From Planctomycetota bacterium (GTDB taxonomy: Bacteria; Planctomycetota; SZUA-567; H5-PLA8): a stretch of DNA of 64,000 nucleotides. The DNA is taken from assembly GCA_038227875.1 (NCBI GenBank), contig JBBRPR010000043.1:1-64000 (forward strand). The letters run 5' to 3'. Below the pieces are notes generated by a model. That model was given only the letters and a program-made list of their open reading frames with translations. It was not told the DNA's origin and made no database searches. Both the position numbers and the translations under genes were made by a program. Of this stretch, positions 19,896-28,294 are shown in pieces (the first letter of the stretch is position 1; every line of letters starts with the position of its first letter).

Positions 19896-20840
19896 TCAGC
19901 TCTTCTTGCGTCCTTTTTTCGGCGCGGGCTTTTTCTCTTCGGACTTTTCGGGCTCCGCCGGAGTTTCTTCGACGACCTCGGCCTTTACTTTTTTCAATTT
20001 CTTCGCCGGAACATCCGCGGGCTTCTCCGCTGCTTTTTCAGCTTTTACCGGCAGCGCGGGAGCCGCAGGTTCCGGCGGCTTTTCAGCCACGGGCGCGGCC
20101 GGTGCAGCGAGCGGAGCGGGTGGGGCCGGCGGTGCGGCGATCGGCTCCGGCGCCTTCAATTCCATGTTGGAGAGATGCAGGATCAGGCAGTACTTTTCGC
20201 CCTGCGTGCGCCCTTCCAGAAAGCCGCGGTACGACGTGCCGCCGCGCTGAAAGACCAGCGGCAGATTCGATTTCGGCCCCGCGCCCATCAACATCAGGCT
20301 CTGCTTCTCTTCCAGATCCTTGGCCATCGCGAAAAGGAAGTCGAAGGTCAGGCCGTTGACGTGAACAATCTGCAGCTTCGTCGCGAAGACGAATTTGTTG
20401 AAGACTTCACTCTTCTTCATCAGCTTGCCCGACCACTTCAGCGGCGTTTCCGTGGCGGTGTTCGGCGGCAGCACTTTGCGCGGTCGGCGTTCTTTCTCGG
20501 TGCCGTCGGGATTGCGGACGATCTCCCACTCCTGAACCTTGTGGACGATCTTCTTGTCGGCGTCGATGTACACCCGCGACGTGTCGCTCAGGAAACGGCC
20601 GTAGCTTTCGAAGTCGATTTCCGGATCGCCCTTGAGCAGCAGCTCCGACACTTTCTCGAGCGCACCGGCCTGCTTGATCAGCTCATCGCAATCGCGATCG
20701 ATGGTGCAACGCAGGATGCGGAAGTTCGACGCCTGCCGCCCCTTCTCATCCAGCCACCGCACGCGCAGCGGCGTGCGCACCGTCTCCGTATTGACGATGG
20801 CATCGCGATTGTTGCTGTTGGCGAGATTGATCGAGCCCAT
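19896..20840 (-). CDS. Hypothetical protein, possibly Ku-like, with a Pro/Ala/Lys-rich tail
   Basis: AGGAG RBS; about 230 aa globular core, then a basic low-complexity tail (PAKKLKKVK...KKPAPKKGRKKS). The ORF is solid; the Ku assignment is inference. Confidence 0.6.
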   Translation of the reverse strand: MGSINLANSNNRDAIVNTETVRTPLRVRWLDEKGRQASNFRILRCTIDRDCDELIKQAGALEKVSELLLKGDPEIDFESYGRFLSDTSRVYIDADKKIVHKVQEWEIVRNPDGTEKERRPRKVLPPNTATETPLKWSGKLMKKSEVFNKFVFATKLQIVHVNGLTFDFLFAMAKDLEEKQSLMLMGAGPKSNLPLVFQRGGTSYRGFLEGRTQGEKYCLILHLSNMELKAPEPIAAPPAPPAPLAAPAAPVAEKPPEPAAPALPVKAEKAAEKPADVPAKKLKKVKAEVVEETPAEPEKSEEKKPAPKKGRKKS

Positions 20841-20892
20841 TTTAACTCCTGGGGACTGAGTCCGGGGTCTTGGGACCGGGGAACAACCGCAC

Positions 20893-21510
20893 TCACATCA
20901 TTCCAAAGTCCAACGATTCGTCTTCGCCTTCGGCTGCTTCGGTATCGTCTTCCACGGGCGCCGCCGCCTGTTCCAAACCTACGAAATGAATCGACGTCGG
21001 CTGACCCACGCACATGAAGACCGTGCCGTCCTGTCCGGCGAGCAGGAAGCCGACGTCCGCCTCCAGTCCGCCGCGGAAACTATAGGGGAACGAGAAGATC
21101 GTCCCTTTCTTGAGCTCCGCGGCCAGCGGCGCGAGATCGCCCTCGCAGCGCAGCACGTAGACGCCTTTGATGTTGTGCGAGAGGTAATCTTCGAGTGTCG
21201 CGAGCTTGGTCAGCGGCACCGGCGCACCGTAGGTTGACTGCACCGGCGTGATGGTCCGGCCTTCGGGGTCGACGGGCTGCAGCTTGGTTTTGTCGAGCCA
21301 CAAACCATCGGACGAAAGATACGCAAACGAGCTCCCGCCCTGTCCGACGATGGTGCGGCCGTCGTCGGCGAGGGTGGCCAGCTGGCATTTGCGGCTCTTG
21401 CCGTCGAGCGCTTCGACATCGACGAAGCCGTAAAGCTTCGTGCGGTCGACCTTGTCGGGACTGCAGACAAAGTCCGTGCCGTTGAACTGAAACGTCAGAG
21501 CTCTCGCCAT
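20893..21510 (-). CDS. Hypothetical protein, possibly Ku-like, with an acidic C-terminus
   Basis: 205 aa from MARALTF; beta-rich; ends EDDTEAAEGEDESLDFGMM; first gene of the ligase operon. Confidence 0.6.
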   Translation of the reverse strand: MARALTFQFNGTDFVCSPDKVDRTKLYGFVDVEALDGKSRKCQLATLADDGRTIVGQGGSSFAYLSSDGLWLDKTKLQPVDPEGRTITPVQSTYGAPVPLTKLATLEDYLSHNIKGVYVLRCEGDLAPLAAELKKGTIFSFPYSFRGGLEADVGFLLAGQDGTVFMCVGQPTSIHFVGLEQAAAPVEDDTEAAEGEDESLDFGMM

Positions 21511-21711
21511 ATCCGCACCCCAATTTATAGGTTGTAGTGTCAAAACATAACAGAGCGCCGTCGAACGGGCAAGAAGGCTTGGCGAGCGGGCACTCACATC
21601 ACAAATTGACCACCCGCCGCTCAGAAACACCATCTAATTGGCCAGCGCGCCTATTCTCAATCCCCTTCGCATCTGATTAACTGAAAACTTCATGACCGGA
21701 GAACCTCAACA

Positions 21712-23865
21712 GTGCCAAACGTCACATTCGATCAACGCTCCGTCCGCCTGGATGGCAAGCCTGTGCCGATTATTTGCGGGGCGATCCACTATGCGCGCAG
21801 CACGCCGGGAATGTGGCCGGAACTGCTTCGCGCTTCCGTCGAAGCGGGCATCAACACCATCGATACGTATGTGTTCTGGGGTTTGCACGAACGCGAGAAG
21901 CGCAGGTACGACTTCACCGGCCGCCTGGATCTCGCCTACTTCTTGAGCCTCTGTCAGCAGCACAAATTGAACGTGCTGCTGCGCATCGGACCGTACATTT
22001 GTGCGGAGACCAATTTTGGAGGCCTGCCGCCGTGGCTGATTCACGAACCCGGGCTGGTCACACGCACCGATAACGCTGCTTGGAAACGCGAAGTGCTGAC
22101 GTGGTGCAAGGTGCTGATGGCGCAGATCGGAGAATTTCAGGCGACGCGCGGCGGTCCGGTGATCCTGGCGCAGCTGGAGAATGAATACAACACCGTCGCC
22201 AAGCATTACGGCGCCGACGGCCCGAAATACATGGACTGGGTCATCGCCAGTGCGAAGGAAATGGGACTGGAAGTACCGCTGGTAATGTGCGAAGCGCCCG
22301 GCGACAACAAGCTGGAACTCCACGACGCGTCGCTGCCGCGCATTATTAAAGGGATGAACGGCTTCGCCATCGCCGATCGCGTTCCGGAATTTCAGCGCCA
22401 GTTTCCCGCCGCGCCGCCGATCTGGACGGAAGCGTGGGGCGGGTGGTACACGAATTTCGGCGACGTGACCCACTTCCGCGAGGACGCCGATTTCGCGTGC
22501 GCGATCGCGCACTTTTTCGCCGTTGGCGGAGCCGGCGTCAGCTACTACATGTGGCACGGCGGCACGAATTTCGGTCGCGAATCGGTCTACATGCAGACGA
22601 CGACCTACGATTCCAACGCGCCGCTGGACGAATATGGCCTGCCGCAGCGCGCCTTCGCGCACCTCAAACGCCTCAACCACATCGTCGCTGATCACGCCGA
22701 AGTGCTGCTCGAAGGCACGCGCAGCGTTCAGGTGCTCGAAGCGCCGCGCGAGAAGGAACCGCTGCCGCGCGCCGCGATTTATTCGTGCGCGAAAGGCACG
22801 CGGACGCTCGCGTTTCTGATCAACGAATCCGGGCAACCGTACACCATGAAATCCGGCGCACTCTCGATCGCGTTAAAATCAAAGAGCTGCGCGATCACGC
22901 TCGATCTCAACGGCGACACACGCGTGCTCTTTGAAAGTCATCCGGCCACTGCCGAGGCCGCGATTCAACCGCCACCCGCCGCGCAGTGGGCGGCGTCGAA
23001 CGTCGAACTGAACTTCGTTGCTTTCGATGAGCCGCTCCCCGATGAACAACCGACAAAATTCTCGAACGCGATTGCGATGTCCGAGCCGCGATCGATGCTG
23101 CCGCACACGCGCGATCTGAGCGACTACGGCTGGTACCAGACGGTGCTCAGCAGCGCCACCGACCGCGATGCGACGGTGGTCCTGCCGGAAGTTCACGACT
23201 TCTCGACGCTGTACCTCAACGGAAAATTTGTCGGTAGTCAGCCGGAACGCTTGAACGAGGACCCGAAGATTTTCGCCAAGCACACCTATAATGTGCGGCT
23301 GAAGAAGGGCGAGAATCGCATCAGTATCCTCGCCAGCGCGCTGGGTCTGATCAAAGGCGATTGGGCTTACAACGAACCGATGAGCAAAGAGCGCAAAGGA
23401 GTCATCGGTGCGATGCTCGTCGACGGCATGCCGCAATCGCTGTGGTGGACGCTCCACGCCGGACTCTTTGGGGAACGCGCGCGGCTCTTCGCGCCCGACA
23501 CGTCCGATCTGGCCGCGTGGCAGGCCGGGCCGCTCACGCCGCGCCGCCTGCGCTGGTACCGCGCGAAATTCAAAACGCCGGATTCGCTGTTGAAAGCCCG
23601 GGCGCTCGCGCTCGATGTCGGCGCGCTCTACAAGGGCTTGATCTGGCTTAATGGCGAGTGCCTTGGCCGCTACTGGCAGATTCCCGCAACCGACTACGTC
23701 GCCGAATGGATGCGCGGCATGACGCAAACCTACGGCGCCGGCCAACCCGTTCAGCAGCGCTATCACATTCCGAAAGACTGGCTGAGGGCCGAGAACACGC
23801 TGGTGGTCCTGGAAGAAACGGAGGCCTTTCCCCGCGGTGTGAAGCTGTTGGAGCGCGCGGTGTAG
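21712..23865 (+). CDS. Beta-galactosidase, glycoside hydrolase family 35
   Basis: GAIHYAR, INTIDTYVFW..HE, LRIGPYICAE..GGLP.WL, GGPVILAQLENEY, WTEAWGGWY, YYMWHGGTNFG, YD..APLDEYG, KG..W.NG..LGRYW. Confidence 0.95.
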   Translation: MPNVTFDQRSVRLDGKPVPIICGAIHYARSTPGMWPELLRASVEAGINTIDTYVFWGLHEREKRRYDFTGRLDLAYFLSLCQQHKLNVLLRIGPYICAETNFGGLPPWLIHEPGLVTRTDNAAWKREVLTWCKVLMAQIGEFQATRGGPVILAQLENEYNTVAKHYGADGPKYMDWVIASAKEMGLEVPLVMCEAPGDNKLELHDASLPRIIKGMNGFAIADRVPEFQRQFPAAPPIWTEAWGGWYTNFGDVTHFREDADFACAIAHFFAVGGAGVSYYMWHGGTNFGRESVYMQTTTYDSNAPLDEYGLPQRAFAHLKRLNHIVADHAEVLLEGTRSVQVLEAPREKEPLPRAAIYSCAKGTRTLAFLINESGQPYTMKSGALSIALKSKSCAITLDLNGDTRVLFESHPATAEAAIQPPPAAQWAASNVELNFVAFDEPLPDEQPTKFSNAIAMSEPRSMLPHTRDLSDYGWYQTVLSSATDRDATVVLPEVHDFSTLYLNGKFVGSQPERLNEDPKIFAKHTYNVRLKKGENRISILASALGLIKGDWAYNEPMSKERKGVIGAMLVDGMPQSLWWTLHAGLFGERARLFAPDTSDLAAWQAGPLTPRRLRWYRAKFKTPDSLLKARALALDVGALYKGLIWLNGECLGRYWQIPATDYVAEWMRGMTQTYGAGQPVQQRYHIPKDWLRAENTLVVLEETEAFPRGVKLLERAV

Positions 23866-23969
23866 GCCAGCGTCCCGATTCATTACACTCCTTTTCGGTT
23901 TCCAACGCCGCTCGCGCGCGCTAAGCTTTGCGCCGTTCGAACGCGTGGTCCCATCAGGAGAATTCCCGC

Positions 23970-26309
23970 ATGCAGCGACGCCACTTCCTGGCCGTCATTT
24001 CAATTGCAGCGTTGGCCGTGTCGCTGTCCGCGTCTGCGGCGGAGGACGCCTCGCCCGGTCTGGAAGGCTTGCCTGCGGTCGTGGCCGATGTCAACGGGCA
24101 CCCGATTACCCGCGAGGATCTCGTCCGTGAACTGGCGGGACGCTCCGGCCAGGCGGCGCTCGACCGTTTGATCCGACGCACGCTGGTGGAACAGGAAGCG
24201 GAAGCGTCGCACGTCAAGGTCACCGACGACGAAATCGAAGCTCAGTACAAGATCGACACCCGCGACTTGATGAAAGAGCTGATCAATATTCCGTGGAATG
24301 GCAAGGACAACAGCAAGCCGTTTCCCATGGCCGACATCATCCGCGCGCGCTTTCGCATGAGCGTCGAGGAGTACAAAAAATTGGTCATCCGGCAGAAGCT
24401 GATCATCCGCCGCTGCGTGGCCAAGGATCTGCATCCAACACAGGCGGAGTTGCGCAAGTTCTTCGACGACTACCGCGAATTCTTCTTTCAGCAGCCGGTG
24501 CGCTATCACGCCTGCCACATTCTGATCACGCCGCTGGATCCGCGCGACGTCAACCGCGGCTTCCAGTTTCAGACCAGCATCGGCCAGATGGACCGCGAGA
24601 AAAGCGAACGCCTGAAGCGGATCCAACTCTACAAGGACTACAATGTTGACCTGAGCAACGCGCCGTCCGTCGACGACCTCGCTCCGGAATGGGCCAAGGC
24701 GCGGACGATTGCGGAGAAGGTGCTGCGCGACATCAAGTCGGGCGTCAAAACGTGGGATCAGGCACTGCGTGAGAACACGCAGGATCCGCTGGACGTGGAA
24801 CGCGTGGACCGCAAGACGGGAAAGAAAATTCCTTCGGAGCGTTCGCGCTCGCTGGTGCAGCCGCCGGTAGCGCCGGGCGACGTGGGCTGGTTCCACCTGG
24901 ACGGTCCGCTGGTGAAGAAGTTCTATGAGGGCGCGAAAAACCTGGCGCCGGGGGAAATCGGCGGGCCGGTGCAGACGGAGTACGGCTTCCACTTGATCAA
25001 GATGCTCGAAGTCGATCGCCCGCCGCCGGTCACCTTCGAACAGTGCGGCGCGAAAGTCGAAGAGGTCTTTATCGAGCACGCGATTCAGCTGCGACTGCTG
25101 CCGGAAGACCCCACGGAAATCGGCTGGCTCGAACAGCTCTACAACAGCGCGCAGATCCAGATGGAACAAGTCTACATCTGGCCGCCGCTGCAGACGGCCA
25201 CGCGCATCGACGGACCCGTCGCCGTCGCCGCCGAACAGGTCGATCCCGATCCGATCATCGCGCACGTCGGCCCGACCATCCTCAAGCGTTCCGACGTCTG
25301 GCGCGAACTGGTCCGCTACGAAAGCGAGGAAGCGCTCACGCGTCTGATCAATCGCGAAATGGTGCTGACAATGCTCAAGCCCATGGGTATCGCGCGCATG
25401 GACTGGGAGTGCGGCCGCGCGGACTTGAAGCGCCAGGTGCCTCCGCCGCCGCCCACGCCAATCACGATCCCGCCGGAGGTGCTCGACCAGGAGCTCAACA
25501 GCGACCGCATCCGCTGGGATATGCTCAACGCCGACCGCCAGCATCTGACGCCGCCGCTCCCGGAATTGACGTTCAAGGATTTCATCTACCAGCAGTACGG
25601 GCAGAAGCTGGATGAGTACAAACGATCGCTGGAGGCCGGGCGCGTGCTGCTGGAGGCGGTGCGCAAGAAAGTGCAGGTCGATTCGGAAACGCTGCGCGTG
25701 CAGTTTGCGATTTCGCGACCGGACTATTCCGTGCCGGCTTGGTATGAAATTTCACACATCATGATCGTCCCGACCGGCGGCCAGAAAGCCGATAAAAGCG
25801 CAAAGCTGAGCGCCCGAATGATCGCCGACCAGTTGTACCGGCAGTGCAGCAACAATCCGGAACAGTTCGAACCGTTTGTGCCGCAGTATTCCGCAGATAC
25901 CGCCACCAAATCCCGCGGCGGCAGCCTCGGCGCGCTGCTTTCCGAAGGCCGCCGAGATCCAAACCAGTTGCGCAATGCCACCGACTCGCTCAGCAGCGAT
26001 GACGCACGGATGATTTACGACGCGATTGTGAAAAACAAAACCACGCGCGGCCAGATCGTCTTTGTGCAGACGATGCACGGGTACCACATTGTCCGCATCG
26101 ATGCCGTGCACGCCGAACGCCAGGTGGATTTCGAAGAAGTGCTGCCGCGGCTGGAACGCGATTACATGACTGAGCGCGCGAAGATGTATTCCGACATCTG
26201 GCTGCGCGAATTAAATGTGCAGGCCCGCGTCAAACGATTCTTCGGGACCACGGAGAACGAGGAACCCAAAGGCGACGTGCACGATAATTTCCCGCTGCCG
26301 AAGAAATAA
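23970..26309 (+). CDS. Exported SurA/PrsA-like foldase with two parvulin (PpiC) domains
   Basis: Signal peptide; VADVNG.PITR; ACHILI...GDVGWF...PVQTEYGFHLIK; SHIMI...GGSLG...TMHGYHIVR. Confidence 0.85.
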   Translation: MQRRHFLAVISIAALAVSLSASAAEDASPGLEGLPAVVADVNGHPITREDLVRELAGRSGQAALDRLIRRTLVEQEAEASHVKVTDDEIEAQYKIDTRDLMKELINIPWNGKDNSKPFPMADIIRARFRMSVEEYKKLVIRQKLIIRRCVAKDLHPTQAELRKFFDDYREFFFQQPVRYHACHILITPLDPRDVNRGFQFQTSIGQMDREKSERLKRIQLYKDYNVDLSNAPSVDDLAPEWAKARTIAEKVLRDIKSGVKTWDQALRENTQDPLDVERVDRKTGKKIPSERSRSLVQPPVAPGDVGWFHLDGPLVKKFYEGAKNLAPGEIGGPVQTEYGFHLIKMLEVDRPPPVTFEQCGAKVEEVFIEHAIQLRLLPEDPTEIGWLEQLYNSAQIQMEQVYIWPPLQTATRIDGPVAVAAEQVDPDPIIAHVGPTILKRSDVWRELVRYESEEALTRLINREMVLTMLKPMGIARMDWECGRADLKRQVPPPPPTPITIPPEVLDQELNSDRIRWDMLNADRQHLTPPLPELTFKDFIYQQYGQKLDEYKRSLEAGRVLLEAVRKKVQVDSETLRVQFAISRPDYSVPAWYEISHIMIVPTGGQKADKSAKLSARMIADQLYRQCSNNPEQFEPFVPQYSADTATKSRGGSLGALLSEGRRDPNQLRNATDSLSSDDARMIYDAIVKNKTTRGQIVFVQTMHGYHIVRIDAVHAERQVDFEEVLPRLERDYMTERAKMYSDIWLRELNVQARVKRFFGTTENEEPKGDVHDNFPLPKK

Positions 26310-26313
26310 ATAG

Positions 26314-26340
26314 AGTCAGCAGAAGATTCTTCTGCTGACT
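26314..26340. terminator. Perfect 13-bp hairpin after the PPIase stop codon (terminator or operator)
   Basis: agtcagcagaaga-t-tcttctgctgact; no T-tract. Confidence 0.5.
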
Positions 26341-26406
26341 GACCGGAATTGGCACCGGTATTGACGAGAATTGTTAAATTAGTACCGAACACCCACGCGT
26401 TCGTCG

Positions 26407-26422
26407 TGGCATGCCAAATGCT
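26407..26422 (+). promoter_or_regulatory. Candidate sigma-54 promoter
   Basis: TGGCATGCCAAATGCT (GG-N10-GC), about 100 bp upstream of 26519 in an AT-rich region. Confidence 0.45.
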
Positions 26423-26518
26423 TTATTCAAATTAGCTCGAATTGAATTTGTACGAATTCGGCGTACATGCGTCCGCATGCGCGCTGTGCTTTCGCGTTCC
26501 TTATGAGTCGAGGATGGC

Positions 26519-28204
26519 ATGAGTACTTCAGGAAATGTCAGTCGTGCGCCCATCGGTTCTCTTGGAATATTCGAACAACTGCGGAGCGCGACGTGGCGCG
26601 TACTGCAGCGGAATGGAATTCTGTATCTGCTCAGCGCCCTTTTCATGCTGATTGGATGCTACCTGGTCTGCCAGCCGCACCTTCTGGAATATAAACAATT
26701 CAGCAGTCTGCTCACGCTGCTTTCAGTGGTGAATTGTTACGAAGTCATGGTGATTGCCGCGTGCGTGCATATTCTGCGGCGGCTGCCATCGAGCCGCGAG
26801 AGCAGCACGCTGATCGTGGTGGAAGTTCTATTTCTGCTCGACGCCACGTTCACCAACAACAGTTGTCTGGCAGTCAATTTTTCCCGCGGAATGCTCGTCT
26901 TAACGGTGGCCATGACGCTTGGATTCGTGAAATTCTACGCGCTGGAATCGGCTGCCGGCCCAGGCCGTTCGTACTTTGGTGAAAGCCGCGGAATTCTTGT
27001 CGCGTCTATGGTCTTCACCTATTCCTTCCAACCCGTGATGGCCGCGCACGCGCCGCAAGCGGGTGCGCTGCAATCGTGTATGACCTACCTCGTCTGGCTG
27101 GGCTACGGCGCATTGCCGCTTTTCATTCATAAAATGGATACGCCGGTCGCGGCGGTGGCGTCGAGCGCTGAGGTGCGCGCGGTATTTCAGGAGAAGAATC
27201 TGCAGCGCGTCGTGATGGTCATGGCACTGGTGGTGCCGCTGCTCCATGTCGCCGGACAGTCGTGGGTCCATCGCGCGCCATTCGAATGGGATTTCCTGGT
27301 TCCGATGCTTGTCGGACTGATGCTTGCCTTGCCGGAGCTCTTTCCGGACATTTCCAAAACGTATACACGTCTCGCGACATTGGCGCTGCTCGGTGGGTGC
27401 GTACTGACCAGCGGCGCAGACACGGGATGGCGAATTCATCTCGATCCTCTTCCAGCCGAGCTTTCGTCGACACGCTTAACGCTGCTCTTCTCCGCAGCTT
27501 GTTTTATACTCGGCTGGCTGCGGTCCGGTCGGACTAGCCGGCTGGATTTGGCGCTGGCGGCGTTGACGGCAATGCTGGCGCTGTTCGGCAGTCATTCCGG
27601 AAATATGTTCGAGTTCTTGTTAGCGCCGAAGGGTTTGAAGATTATTATTTTTATAGTTCTCTCGGTGACATGGGCATTTTTTGATCGAAATTATTGGTTG
27701 CATTCTGCCTTAATTATCGCCAATTTGTTTCTCGTCCTTCAATGCTTCTCCGCGGGCAATGAATCGCTACAAATGCCGAGTGAATTATTCTATTATATTC
27801 CAATCGTCGCATTCTTGGTGATGCTCCCGTACCGAAGCGTGGCGGAAGTGTGGGCGTTGGTACCGTATGTGACGATTTTTGTCTGCGGTTGTCTTAGGGC
27901 CGGCGAGTTGAACGGCGTTGCGTTGCTATACGCGGTGATCGCAGGGGGCGCAATTGCCGCAGGTTATCTGCTCTATGGCCGCGCCGCCGTTTACGCGGTG
28001 TGCGCGTACCTGGTGATCGTGCTGCTGCGCCGCTGGAACGGGGGTGCGACAACTGGAATCAGCTGGGGCTGGCTCGCCATCGTGCTTGCTTTCGCTCTGT
28101 TCGTACTGGGCTTCTACGGAACCCGCTCACGCCTGACTTCCACTGCGGAAGGCAACAGGTTCGACGAAATGAGCGACGCGTTCTCCAGCACGCTGCCGCC
28201 TTAG
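26519..28204 (+). CDS. Polytopic membrane protein, hypothetical
   Basis: 561 aa with many hydrophobic segments; N-terminal NGILYLLSALFMLIG...YE...LFLLD.TF. Confidence 0.75.
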   Translation: MSTSGNVSRAPIGSLGIFEQLRSATWRVLQRNGILYLLSALFMLIGCYLVCQPHLLEYKQFSSLLTLLSVVNCYEVMVIAACVHILRRLPSSRESSTLIVVEVLFLLDATFTNNSCLAVNFSRGMLVLTVAMTLGFVKFYALESAAGPGRSYFGESRGILVASMVFTYSFQPVMAAHAPQAGALQSCMTYLVWLGYGALPLFIHKMDTPVAAVASSAEVRAVFQEKNLQRVVMVMALVVPLLHVAGQSWVHRAPFEWDFLVPMLVGLMLALPELFPDISKTYTRLATLALLGGCVLTSGADTGWRIHLDPLPAELSSTRLTLLFSAACFILGWLRSGRTSRLDLALAALTAMLALFGSHSGNMFEFLLAPKGLKIIIFIVLSVTWAFFDRNYWLHSALIIANLFLVLQCFSAGNESLQMPSELFYYIPIVAFLVMLPYRSVAEVWALVPYVTIFVCGCLRAGELNGVALLYAVIAGGAIAAGYLLYGRAAVYAVCAYLVIVLLRRWNGGATTGISWGWLAIVLAFALFVLGFYGTRSRLTSTAEGNRFDEMSDAFSSTLPP

Positions 28205-28294
28205 CTGGACTGACTTCTGCCGCTGCCTCCTGCCTTCTGATCGCTACCTCGCCGTGCGATAGCGTCCCGCGCAATGCAAGGTATACTCGCGACC

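Noticed and set aside
26350..26365. TGGCACCGGTATTGAC as a sigma-54 site
   Set aside because: The -12 element reads GA, not GC; the site at 26407 fits better
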